This document shows positions 1-7,835 of a DNA stretch of 23,498 nucleotides, one piece after another; within the stretch, counting starts at the first letter, position 1, and each line of letters begins with the position of its first letter. A model generated the notes under the pieces. It was not told the DNA's origin and did no database searches. It saw only the letters and a list, made by a program, of their open reading frames with translations. This stretch comes from a virus (Duplodnaviria; Heunggongvirae; Uroviricota; Caudoviricetes): the IMG/VR virus record IMGVR_UViG_2537561944_000018; one strand, 5' to 3'. Position numbers and translations under genes: made by a program.

Positions 1-65
1 GAAAGGAGATACAGCACACAGACCACCGTACAGAAGTACAGCATTAACTGGTTCAGAAATGTCAT
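1..65 (-). CDS. N-terminal 21 codons of a hydrophobic small protein, continues past the window start
   Basis: ATG at 65-63 opens MTFLNQLMLYFCTVVCVLYLL on the minus strand; only a weak GGAAAG upstream. Speculative. Confidence 0.25.
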   Translation of the reverse strand, partial: MTFLNQLMLYFCTVVCVLYLL

Positions 66-161
66 AATTTCTTTCCGTTATTGTTGACAATAAGAACTGT
101 TTTCATTAAAAACCAGAGTACGAAAGTATCGTTCCTTTATTTTTCTCCATAGGTATCACCA

Positions 162-197
162 CCGCCAGCGTCCATTCCTGTCGCTGGCGGTTTTTTT
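162..197 (+). terminator. Intrinsic terminator-like hairpin on the plus strand
   Basis: Perfect 9-bp stem CCGCCAGCG (162-170) / CGCTGGCGG (182-190), 11-nt loop, then T7 (191-197); abuts the nanS-p-like stop at 199-201. Confidence 0.5.
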
Positions 198-198
198 A

Positions 199-2136
199 TC
201 ATGCCGCAGTGTCTGTGCTGTTCACTTCCACCGCAATGCTGTCTATCAGTACCGGGTAAGTCGCATTCCTGGTAATGTCTGTCACATGCAGTTTATCCGC
301 CGCAAATGCACTGACCGGTGACTGCGTCAGCGTGAACGGTGTGCCATCCTGACCATCAATAACCGGCGTCACCTGAAGGCTGTTATTCCCGGCAAAGCGG
401 AAAGCCAGCGTATGCCATTCGTTATCAAATGCGCCAAAGGTTCCCAGTTTCAGGTTGTTTGTCGCCACTTTCGCATTGTGGTACATCACATTCAGGTCTT
501 TTGCATCTGTCTGGATGTAGGACGCTGCCAGCAGGTTATTCCCCCCGTCTCCGGTCAGGGCAACGCCCTGTGGCAGTGAAGAGACCGGCCAGTAAAACGC
601 CATAACATACTGGTTCGCAGCCAGCGCTCCCGAAACCTTAAAGCGGCAGCGAATCTGCCCCCCTTTCTGTAACAGAGCCGCACCGTTGCCCGCGGCGTAC
701 TCCAGCACCCAGCTGCTTTTACCGGCTTCCTTGGTCAGCTTCACTGCCTTACCTCCGGTTCCCTCCGCATCGCTGACCACTTCTGCCCTGCCGCCACTGG
801 CTGACCATCCCTGTACTTTCAGGCTTCCCTCTGACTCGCTGGCAAGGTAAGAGAGCAGTGTTGTGACGCCTGTGGCTTCTGCACCGGAAGGCGATGAAGG
901 GCGCACCTCTGATACTGTCGATGATGCCCCCGCGTTTAGCGCCACTCTTCCCGCATGGCGCAAAATCGCCGTTGCCAGACGGTCGGAAATAATCCCACGG
1001 CGTGCCCAGGCGCTGAAATGGCTCGCCCTGTCCTGTGACGTCCAGGTGGCTGAGCTGTCACGCCATTTCGAACCGTAATATCCGATACCCGGAATGTCCG
1101 GGTCTTCTTCCGGTTTGTTCGTCGGCACATTCACCCCGTTCTCATCGGTCATGAACGGTACGAAATGGATATTCTTTTCCGTTTTGTTTTTATAGCTGCC
1201 GTACACCGTCTGGTACGTGGATTCGTTCTTCTGCTTCCAGAAATACGTCGTATCTCCACATATCCAGGGAACACCGCCAGCAGAGCCACCGACGCACTGA
1301 CCTGCCATATCCGCCAGGTCTGCACGGAATTTATCAACCAGCGCACCAAACTGTGCTGCGTGATTTGCCGGCGTACCGCCAAAATCAAATTCCCCCTGCA
1401 TCCACACCACGGCAAACAGCACATTTTTCGGATTCTTCTTCAGTGCTGCTTTTGTTCGACCGATAAGGTCCTTATACAGCGGCTTGTCCACACCCCAGCG
1501 GGTTGAATTCTCCGAGGCACCACTCGCGTCACTGTATGTGCCATCGGCTCCGGTGGTGAACGCTGAACCACCACGACAGCACGGAACCAGCAGAATGCCC
1601 GCATTCGCCGGTATAAACGGCAGCAATTTTTTGGCGATATGCAGCCCTTGCCCCACGGTTCCGTACTGCCCCTTTGACAGGTCCGCTTTCGGATGGTTAA
1701 GGCGGCTCATGTCCTGCACATCATGCAGACAATGGTCCGCCGGAATGATGTCGTTATATTTACAGGCGACACCGCCCGGTGTCACCGTACTGCGACGCGC
1801 CAGCTGCTTAATGCGCGGGTCCGGACGGTCATATGTCTCCGGCAGCGGAAGGCCTTCACCATATGCCATGCTGTTTGACTGCCCCGCCAGAACCACAACA
1901 AAGTAATACTCCGGGTCTCTGGTGGCGCTGATTACTGTGCCTTCTCCATCCGACGGCTTCACCAACACAGGTGTGGTGACATCACCTTCCGCCGCAATGG
2001 CCTGCATCAGAGTATAAGGCGTGATGGCCACCGGGCTGCCAAATGGCTGCCACCCCTCCTTCAGTTTTTGTGTCAGCTTTTCCGCAAGGTCTGACGGCGA
2101 CGCCGCCCTGACAACATCATAATGTTTAATCGACAT
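199..2136 (-). CDS. NanS-p-type prophage sialate O-acetylesterase (SGNH/SASA hydrolase domain), 645 aa
   Basis: 645-aa ORF with a GQSN-type SGNH motif (VVLAGQSNSMAYGEG); ATG at 2136 preceded by GGGAGAA; size and position match prophage NanS-p proteins as recalled. Confidence 0.8.
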   Translation of the reverse strand: MSIKHYDVVRAASPSDLAEKLTQKLKEGWQPFGSPVAITPYTLMQAIAAEGDVTTPVLVKPSDGEGTVISATRDPEYYFVVVLAGQSNSMAYGEGLPLPETYDRPDPRIKQLARRSTVTPGGVACKYNDIIPADHCLHDVQDMSRLNHPKADLSKGQYGTVGQGLHIAKKLLPFIPANAGILLVPCCRGGSAFTTGADGTYSDASGASENSTRWGVDKPLYKDLIGRTKAALKKNPKNVLFAVVWMQGEFDFGGTPANHAAQFGALVDKFRADLADMAGQCVGGSAGGVPWICGDTTYFWKQKNESTYQTVYGSYKNKTEKNIHFVPFMTDENGVNVPTNKPEEDPDIPGIGYYGSKWRDSSATWTSQDRASHFSAWARRGIISDRLATAILRHAGRVALNAGASSTVSEVRPSSPSGAEATGVTTLLSYLASESEGSLKVQGWSASGGRAEVVSDAEGTGGKAVKLTKEAGKSSWVLEYAAGNGAALLQKGGQIRCRFKVSGALAANQYVMAFYWPVSSLPQGVALTGDGGNNLLAASYIQTDAKDLNVMYHNAKVATNNLKLGTFGAFDNEWHTLAFRFAGNNSLQVTPVIDGQDGTPFTLTQSPVSAFAADKLHVTDITRNATYPVLIDSIAVEVNSTDTAA

Positions 2137-2449
2137 CGAATTTCTCCCGTGTACAGGAACAGAGTTAAAAAGCCGGAACCGGAATCAAATTACAGGATGG
2201 CCATCTGCCAGTGGCTGGTCGTAAAAAAAGGCCACGCCATGCGCAGCCGGAAATAAAGGGATAACGATGATAGTTTGAGAAAAACAGAAACAACACTTTT
2301 GTGGCAAAGCATGGTGCCGGGTGCCTCCCGGTGAATTCAGTATCAGCACCTGAATCCGCGATTATCCCATATACCTGGTTGCTGATCGCCCCTCCGCACA
2401 GGGGGATTCACCATGCAGAAGTGTTTTTAATAAACAGCAAACAAAAAAA

Positions 2450-2617
2450 TCAAGCATTATGCAGGCTGTTTCTTTTTATCACCGGCCACAGCAATACCAC
2501 AATGCCGCAGACCAGCACCCCATCCGCCAGCACCGACATGATTCTGCTGGTGAAATCCACCATCACCACCAGAAACAGCAGGAGTGCAGCCACAGCCAGG
2601 CGCAGTTTTACCGTCAC
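2450..2617 (-). CDS. Small hydrophobic two-helix protein (55 aa), coupled to the TerB-like gene
   Basis: GTG at 2617-2615 overlaps the TerB-like TGA (2616-2614) as GTGA; product VTVKLRLAVAALLLFLVVMV...VLVCGIVVLLWPVIKRNSLHNA; GGAG 8 nt upstream. Below the ORF-track size cutoff. Confidence 0.4.
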   Translation of the reverse strand: MTVKLRLAVAALLLFLVVMVDFTSRIMSVLADGVLVCGIVVLLWPVIKRNSLHNA

Positions 2618-3045
2618 AGGTGATTCTCCAGACGAAGACCCAGAACACCGGCAATCTCTTCCAGCACCTTGCGCTCTTCCGGCTCAATTTCGCCGTCTGC
2701 CTCCGCAATGGCCACCGCCACATCCAGCACATCTTCCGCTTCACGCGTATCGTGTTTCACATCCTCAATCTCGCGTAACGCGGCACGACGACCAATTTTA
2801 AAATTGGTATCCAGCTGACCGATAATAGTTGCGCTAATCGCATTAATTTCCGAGGTAAACGCAGACAACGCAGGCTGATTACGTAAGACCTGTTCGATCT
2901 TCGCTTTCTCGGATGCCTCGCATTCACCATCTGCATAGGCCACCAGGTATGCAGCGTTAATCACCGCCTGTGCCAGATCGCGTTTCTCAAACTTTTTAAT
3001 TTCCGCTGCCGCTCTGCGGGTTTTCTTTTTGAAGATTCCAAACAT
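2614..3045 (-). CDS. TerB-domain (tellurite-resistance TerB-like) protein, 143 aa
   Basis: Internal ATG at 3045 with AGGAA 9 nt upstream; C-terminal VAIAEADGEIEPEERKVLEEIAGVLGL resembles TerB as recalled. The track ORF begins earlier at a non-ATG codon. Confidence 0.7.
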   Translation of the reverse strand: MFGIFKKKTRRAAAEIKKFEKRDLAQAVINAAYLVAYADGECEASEKAKIEQVLRNQPALSAFTSEINAISATIIGQLDTNFKIGRRAALREIEDVKHDTREAEDVLDVAVAIAEADGEIEPEERKVLEEIAGVLGLRLENHL

Positions 3046-3177
3046 CGTGACGTTCCTTTGGGTGGGTGAGCCAACGCCCGGGAGCGATCTGCCCACAGAG
3101 AAAGTCACACTGACCACTCCGTAAGCTCACCCCCGAAAGGCTCTGTGGTTGATATGCGCCGGGCGTGGCGCAGATAC

Positions 3178-3201
3178 AAAAAAGGCCCGCCGAAGCGAGC
3201 C
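3178..3201 (-). terminator. Rho-independent terminator after the tRNA cluster
   Basis: Minus-strand RNA GGCUCGC-UUCG-GCGGGCC (7-bp stem, one G-U) followed by U6; 13 nt downstream of the tRNA-Arg(UCU) CCA end. Confidence 0.7.
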
Positions 3202-3214
3202 TGGAAAATAAGTG

Positions 3215-3291
3215 TGGCGCGTTGTAGTGGAGTCGAACCACTGACCGATTGCTTAGAAGGCAATTGCTCTGTCCGACTGAGCTAACAACGC
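3215..3291 (-). tRNA. tRNA-Arg (anticodon UCU), CCA encoded
   Basis: 77-nt cloverleaf: acceptor GCGTTGT/ACAACGC, D-arm GCTC..GAGC, anticodon stem ATTGC/GCAAT with loop CTTCTAA, T-arm AGTGG-TTCGACT-CCACT. Confidence 0.9.
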
Positions 3292-3304
3292 ATGATGCTG
3301 ATAA

Positions 3305-3381
3305 TGGACCGCCATCGGGGACTTGAACCCCGCGCAGCCAGCTTCGAAGGCTGGCGCTCTGTCCCGATGAGCTAATGGCGG
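3305..3381 (-). tRNA. tRNA-Arg (anticodon UCG), CCA encoded
   Basis: 77-nt cloverleaf: anticodon stem CCAGC/GCTGG with loop CTTCGAA, T-loop TTCAAGT; acceptor pairs CCGCCAT with ATGGCGG (C1-G72). Confidence 0.8.
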
Positions 3382-3390
3382 TATGTGATA

Positions 3391-3466
3391 TGGTGGCCCT
3401 TGCTGGATTTGAACCAGCGACCTGGCGATTATGAGTCGCTCGCTCTCACCACTGAGCTAAAGGGCC
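3391..3466 (-). tRNA. tRNA-Ile2-like (anticodon CAU; Met not excluded), CCA encoded
   Basis: 76-nt cloverleaf GGCCCTT...AAGGGCC with anticodon loop CTCATAA; closely resembles E. coli ileX as recalled; first of a three-tRNA cluster as in Stx-type phages. Confidence 0.85.
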
Positions 3467-3494
3467 GAGCCAAAAAATAATAATCAGATGAAAA

Positions 3495-4208
3495 TCAATA
3501 ATCAAGCCCTTGCCTGGATACATATCTGTCTGGCGGGAAGCCATAATAGCGGTGAAATACAGAAATAAAGTAGGACCTGCTTGAATAACCGCATTTTTCT
3601 GCTATAGCCTGTCCATATCCATGCCGGGAACATAACATATTTACAGCAACACGCATCCGCTCTTCCAGCAACAAGCGACTGAACATGCCCCCTTCATTTT
3701 TCAGTTTTGTCTTTAACAAACTCTCACTCATATGCAACTGTAGAGCAATCGCACCAAGCGTCCAGCTTGCTGATATATCTGTCTGAATTATCGCCCTGAC
3801 TTTGGCACTTATGCTGGATAAACATCCACTTAAAAACAATGACATCCGTTCATCTGTTTCAAACAGAGACAGGCAGGCCATCATAAGAAACATATCCGTG
3901 GCCTCTCCGGAAAATCCCTGGCTGGTAATTAAAGCCGCAGCCAACGCAGGATTGTTGGGTTCCAGCAACAGGTAAAGCGGAATGTCAGTCAGACGAGTCC
4001 TCGTCAGCTTATGCTGACTTTCCAGATATTGACTTACGACGGATTCGCTTATATCGACAATTTTAACTTTGCCATAATGCATAAGGAAAAGCTCCCTGAT
4101 GCATTTGGTGGCCAGAACGACTGAGCCTGGCTTAAGTGACAACGTATCCTTTTCAAGAAAAATATTAATTGGGGAGCAAACCATGATAACTGAACAGACA
4201 ACAGCCAT
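3495..4208 (-). CDS. AraC-family transcriptional regulator, AppY/GadX-like, 237 aa
   Basis: C-terminal AraC-type HTH (AIAEKCGYSSRSYFISVFHRYYGFPPDRY); N-terminus MAVVCSV resembles AppY as recalled; ATG at 4208. Confidence 0.8.
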   Translation of the reverse strand: MAVVCSVIMVCSPINIFLEKDTLSLKPGSVVLATKCIRELFLMHYGKVKIVDISESVVSQYLESQHKLTRTRLTDIPLYLLLEPNNPALAAALITSQGFSGEATDMFLMMACLSLFETDERMSLFLSGCLSSISAKVRAIIQTDISASWTLGAIALQLHMSESLLKTKLKNEGGMFSRLLLEERMRVAVNMLCSRHGYGQAIAEKCGYSSRSYFISVFHRYYGFPPDRYVSRQGLDY

Positions 4209-4330
4209 TATAATTTTACTTTCATTAGCAATTGGTTAGCTCAATTATAGCCCCAAAAGGTAAATTATCATCAACACATAAGCAAAGGACTGACAGGTGT
4301 CGCCCCCCCACCAGCCGCCCATTCACCACA

Positions 4331-4356
4331 AATAAAAAGCCTTCAGGACTGAAGGC
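4331..4356 (-). terminator. Rho-independent terminator overlapping the stop of the 65-aa gene
   Basis: Minus RNA GCCUUCAG-UC-CUGAAGGC followed by UUUUUAUUU; the stop codon at 4343-4345 lies within the stem. Confidence 0.5.
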
Positions 4357-4540
4357 GTCTGTAACAACCGCACTGATAGTCTGCCAGACCCGCCATAACA
4401 AGCTGGGTCAGTATTAACTGGCAGCGTTCGCGTGAAAGGTAAGTATTCTGCGCAACCTCCCCGACTGTCGCCGGTTCGGTAACGCTTAATTCATTAAACA
4501 CCACTCTGGCGGTTTCGGTCATATCCTGCTGTTTCAGCAT
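4343..4540 (-). CDS. Hypothetical small protein (65 aa), possibly winged-helix (PapI/FaeA-like)
   Basis: Internal ATG at 4540 with AGGGA 9 nt upstream; MLKQQDMTETARVVFNELSVTEPATVGEVAQ...; family guess is weak. The longer track ORF starts at GTG 4663 inside the tR'-like A-run. Confidence 0.4.
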   Translation of the reverse strand: MLKQQDMTETARVVFNELSVTEPATVGEVAQNTYLSRERCQLILTQLVMAGLADYQCGCYRRLQS

Positions 4541-4663
4541 GTCTTTTTCCCTTTTTCGGTTAACGTGACACACCAATAACTCTTGTCGAAAAAGCCAGCA
4601 AGCTGAAAGAACGGTATTAATAACCACCAGCGAATTTATTGCGCTGCTGTATATTACGGACAC

Positions 4664-4685
4664 AAAAAAACCACCTTCCGGTGGC
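4664..4685 (-). terminator. tR'-like terminator downstream of the Q-like gene
   Basis: Minus RNA CCACC-GGAA-GGUGG followed by U7 (plus A7 at 4664-4670), about 100 nt downstream of the Q-like stop. Confidence 0.6.
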
Positions 4686-4781
4686 TTCCTTGTGCGAAAA
4701 AACTTGCATTTCGCCTCGCGATACAGCTTTGCGAAGCTTACAGGAATTCAAGCTGTTTCTGCGTAAAAAAGCAAGCTTTTT

Positions 4782-5324
4782 TTATCGAAATGAATCGTGC
4801 ATAGGTACATAAAGCATGTGTTCAGCCACGGCTAACCAACCTGCAATACGTTTCTCACATGTGCTGAAACACCATTCCGGGTGAGTACGATTTAAACATT
4901 CTGCCATTTTTCTCTTACTCATTCCCCGTCCTTCGTACCTTTGCCGGAGAATATTGATTAGCCCGGGATATTCCCCAAGCACCTCACTGATAACGCGATC
5001 AATAATCAACGCCTCTGTGTCTGTACAATGTGACAACCAGCTCTTCTGCTTCCCTCTGGTCATATCCCGAAAAAATGCCTCAAGTTCCGGTTTTTCCAGC
5101 CCGGATTTCTTCATGCTGCGTAAAACCTCATTAACTGCTGTTTTCGTCAGCTTTTTCGAAACCAGTAACCGGTTAAACATATTTCCGGATTTACCCCCAC
5201 CGATATACGACCACCGCCCCCACATCCGTAATTTCCCCTGGATCCAGACTGCTTCCAGCGTGTTCAGGCGTAAATGTTCGCCGCTTTTGCCTGTAATTTC
5301 CGGATATATCATATTTACGCTCAC
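4782..5324 (-). CDS. Q-like late antiterminator candidate, 180 aa
   Basis: GTG start at 5324 overlaps the rusA TGA (GTGA); WGRW motif recalls the QuuD-type WGAW; sits between rusA and a tR'-like terminator. Confidence 0.5.
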   Translation of the reverse strand: MSVNMIYPEITGKSGEHLRLNTLEAVWIQGKLRMWGRWSYIGGGKSGNMFNRLLVSKKLTKTAVNEVLRSMKKSGLEKPELEAFFRDMTRGKQKSWLSHCTDTEALIIDRVISEVLGEYPGLINILRQRYEGRGMSKRKMAECLNRTHPEWCFSTCEKRIAGWLAVAEHMLYVPMHDSFR

Positions 5325-5680
5325 TCACTCTCAATTTTGTAAATCTTCACACCCAGCCGTCCACCAGATACTGGCTGACCGCGCACAATATTGATTTCAT
5401 CAAACTGCTCGTCATCAATGAGCACTTCCGCATGCGTCAGCGCATCCAGCGGTGCTTTCAGAATGTTGTCCAGGTCACGGCGGCGCTTATCCGGTGGCTC
5501 TGCAATCACCTTTATCGCCAGCCTTCCGGACAGGCTTAATTTCAGCCGCTGCTGGCGAACAATAAGCGCCACAGCCCGGCGATAACGCTTTCCCTCCTCC
5601 GAGATAAAATATGTGCTGCCACGGCGTCGCCAGTAAGTGTTCACCGTCGGCGGGTAAGGTAAAACCAAATCTATGAGCAT
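5321..5680 (-). CDS. rusA: Crossover junction endodeoxyribonuclease RusA, 119 aa
   Basis: PYPPTVNTYWRRRG ... RRRDLDN ... GGRL motifs typical of RusA; ATG at 5680 with AGAGGTGA upstream. Confidence 0.9.
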   Translation of the reverse strand: MLIDLVLPYPPTVNTYWRRRGSTYFISEEGKRYRRAVALIVRQQRLKLSLSGRLAIKVIAEPPDKRRRDLDNILKAPLDALTHAEVLIDDEQFDEINIVRGQPVSGGRLGVKIYKIESE

Positions 5681-5692
5681 CAGTCACCTCTT

Positions 5693-6739
5693 TTACCCAA
5701 GCACGCCAGTTGCAAAGGCGTGATCAAGAAAACGAAAAATTAAATCAACCTGAGAACCATGCTTTTCTTCGAACGCCAGCGGATCCGCATGAAGCTCGTT
5801 GTGATGCTCCCGACACAGCGGTAGCGTGAAAATATCGTGAGATTTTGTCCCCATTCCCCCCTGACCATGACCAATCAGGTGATGCGGATCGTCAGCAGGC
5901 TTACCACAACACGCACACGGCTGTGTCTTCACCCAGTGCGTGTATTTCTCGTTAACCCAGCGGCGACGTTTAGGTCGTTTCATGAAAGATTCCGGAGACT
6001 CAGGATCAACGGCAATGCTGACCACCGTCTTTTCCTGTGGCGGTTTTTGCTGGTGAGCGTGAGGCAGCGGCGCAAGATTTTTTGTGCGCTGCTTCAGTAT
6101 GCTGGTGGCGGTCTGCTCTCCCGGTACGATGTCGCTTTCACGGTACATTGAGCGGATTTTTTCCGCACGCAACCCCAGCGAACGACGTAATACCGCTTCC
6201 GGTAGCGCGTCCGCCACCTGATTGCGGACCGCCCACCAGGATAATTCAGCCAGAGATAATTCCCGTTCCTGTGCACCACTTATTGCGTGACGTATGACGT
6301 CAATCATCCAGGCTGTCAGATTTTGTTGAGCAAGCTGCCCGAGTGATTCGGATGTCTGGTCGCGCAGCTGGTTGTCGCAGTGCCAGCACAACACCATTGC
6401 GCCGGTACCATAACGGTGAATGACGGTTTCGCTGTGATGATAATCGCCGTGTGGCCACTGGCAGGATTTAATATGGCGCAACAGCCAGTCAGACAATGCA
6501 CCAGCACCACCAGCAGCACGAATCACCCGTGCGTTACTGAAAAACGGCAGCAATGTTTTGTCTTCCACTAGCGGCTGGCGAACGGCAGGAACAACCCCGG
6601 ACGGCAGATTACGCATGCTTTTCGGTTCCGGCTCCACCAGTACCCGGGTATTGTGGAATACCGGCATGGATTCACGACCCGGCTTAACGATCACCAGCCC
6701 GAGTTCCGGTACCAGAACAGGTCGAAGTAATACCCGCAC
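5693..6739 (-). CDS. DUF968 (YdfU-like) protein with C-terminal HNH-like Cys/His motif, 348 aa
   Basis: GTG start at 6739 one nt after the upstream TAA and preceded by GGAGG; C-terminal CACCGKPADDPHHLIGH...CREHHNELH. Confidence 0.8.
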   Translation of the reverse strand: MRVLLRPVLVPELGLVIVKPGRESMPVFHNTRVLVEPEPKSMRNLPSGVVPAVRQPLVEDKTLLPFFSNARVIRAAGGAGALSDWLLRHIKSCQWPHGDYHHSETVIHRYGTGAMVLCWHCDNQLRDQTSESLGQLAQQNLTAWMIDVIRHAISGAQERELSLAELSWWAVRNQVADALPEAVLRRSLGLRAEKIRSMYRESDIVPGEQTATSILKQRTKNLAPLPHAHQQKPPQEKTVVSIAVDPESPESFMKRPKRRRWVNEKYTHWVKTQPCACCGKPADDPHHLIGHGQGGMGTKSHDIFTLPLCREHHNELHADPLAFEEKHGSQVDLIFRFLDHAFATGVLG

Positions 6740-6740
6740 G

Positions 6741-7013
6741 TTACCTCCAGATGCGTTGCTGGAATGTGCGGGACGGACGCGGCGGGCGTTCGGAATAAAG
6801 GAGCCTGACGTAGATTATCCAGTGACGGTAGTCGAGGCTAAGGGCTTTCTTAAACTCATACCCACGTCTGCGGTAGTTATGAATCAGCCATTCGGCCTGT
6901 TCTTCAGTGCAGGGATCGTGCTGATACCAGTCATATTTGAATGTGTGAGAACACCGCCCTTGCCTGCTGGCAGGGGCGATATCAGAATTGTGATGTTTGG
7001 TATTGTGCGCCAT
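6741..7013 (-). CDS. Hypothetical protein (about 90 aa from ATG 7013)
   Basis: Stop TAA 6743-6741 abuts the DUF968 GTG, and the DUF968 SD lies in its 3' end; own start signals are weak. Confidence 0.45.
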   Translation of the reverse strand: MAHNTKHHNSDIAPASRQGRCSHTFKYDWYQHDPCTEEQAEWLIHNYRRRGYEFKKALSLDYRHWIIYVRLLYSERPPRPSRTFQQRIWR

Positions 7014-7085
7014 CGGTTTTCTCTGCTGGCGCAGCAGGTGCCAGTTGTTCAAGCTGGCGTGCGGCAATATTGTCTCTGATTTCTG

Positions 7086-7113
7086 TTGTCGTCAACAGGC
7101 AACGTGCTATCAT
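7086..7113 (+). promoter_or_regulatory. Candidate sigma70 promoter for the parDE-like operon
   Basis: TTGTCG (7086-7091), 16-bp spacer, TATCAT (7108-7113); SD GTGAGG at 7137-7142 precedes the ATG. Confidence 0.35.
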
Positions 7114-7148
7114 CGAATGGTGTTCTATCCTACTCCGTGAGGTTTACC

Positions 7149-7406
7149 ATGCGTACAACCCAACAATTCAGCATTACATTAACTAACGAAATGGCTGACA
7201 TGGTGCGCGCCCGTGTGGCTTCCGGTGCCTATGCTTCAGAAAGCGAGGTCATTCGTGAAGGGCTTCGCGCACTGAATGAGCGCGATAAAGCAATCGAAGC
7301 GTGGTTAACGCATTCAGCCGCCCCCTCTCTTGATTCTATCCGCGAAAATCCAAACAACGGACGCTCCATTTCACAGGTTCGCGCCGCGATTCGATCCGGG
7401 AAGTAA
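7149..7406 (+). CDS. parD: ParD/CopG-type RHH antitoxin, 85 aa
   Basis: ATG at 7149 with GTGAGG 6 nt upstream; ...ASESEVIREGLRALNERDKAIEAWL typical of ParD-like antitoxins. Confidence 0.75.
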   Translation: MRTTQQFSITLTNEMADMVRARVASGAYASESEVIREGLRALNERDKAIEAWLTHSAAPSLDSIRENPNNGRSISQVRAAIRSGK

Positions 7407-7411
7407 TCTGC

Positions 7412-7711
7412 ATGACATATGAAGTCATCATTACTCCTGAGGCCGAACAACAAATAATCAACCTGCACAGGTATATAACGGAGAAAGCAGGGAACGTCAT
7501 TGCTGACAATTATGCCAATGCGCTTCTTGATTATCTTGATGGGTTTTCTACATTCCCGCATCGGGGCAATAAACGCGATGATATTCGCCAGGGGATGCGG
7601 GTAACTCATTTCCGCCACAGAACGATTATTGCTTTTGCCGTTGATAGCAGAAAAGTCTTTATTGTCGGTATCTATCATGGTGGGCAAAGTTATGAAACCG
7701 ATTTCTTATAA
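7412..7711 (+). CDS. parE: ParE/RelE-superfamily toxin, 99 aa
   Basis: Starts 5 nt after the antitoxin stop; RelE/ParE fold signature (...RQGMRVTHFRHRTIIAFAVDSRKVFIVGIYHGGQSYE). Confidence 0.8.
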   Translation: MTYEVIITPEAEQQIINLHRYITEKAGNVIADNYANALLDYLDGFSTFPHRGNKRDDIRQGMRVTHFRHRTIIAFAVDSRKVFIVGIYHGGQSYETDFL

Positions 7712-7794
7712 ACTTTTACCCACATCATTCCGGTGTTAGAATTAACCGTCCGCCCCCTCTCTTACTGGCGGATTCGTAGGCTATATAAATCAAA

Positions 7795-7828
7795 GATCCC
7801 GGCTCATGTTTATGTCGGGATCTTTTTT
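7795..7828. terminator. Bidirectional terminator between convergent parDE and the minus-strand operon
   Basis: GATCCCG (7795-7801) / CGGGATC (7816-7822), 14-nt loop, T6 on plus (7823-7828); U-rich stretch on the minus side. Confidence 0.55.
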
Positions 7829-7835
7829 CGGCGAT

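Noticed and set aside
863-1906. Plus-strand ORFs 863-1078, 1165-1506, 1484-1906, 1693-1878 and minus ORFs 936-1130, 1149-1424
   Set aside because: All lie inside or antisense to the 645-aa esterase gene; Cys/Arg-rich low-complexity translations typical of off-frame ORFs.
2301-2801. Plus-strand 166-codon ORF
   Set aside because: Antisense to the TerB-like gene and the coupled membrane mini-gene; translation is proline/serine/arginine-rich with no recognisable domain.
2137-3213. Checked for Shiga toxin genes (stxA/stxB) between the phage tRNAs and nanS-p
   Set aside because: The segment encodes only a TerB-like protein and a small membrane protein; no AB5 toxin-like ORFs of the right size.
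4782-5324. Considered whether the 180-aa protein is a lambda-Q orthologue with the Q zinc finger
   Set aside because: No Cys4 zinc-binding motif; kept only as a Q-like antiterminator candidate from position, the WGRW motif and the downstream terminator.
6037-7079. Plus-strand ORFs 6037-6297, 6380-6571, 6558-7079
   Set aside because: Antisense to the DUF968 gene and the upstream 90-codon ORF, which carry the coupling signals.
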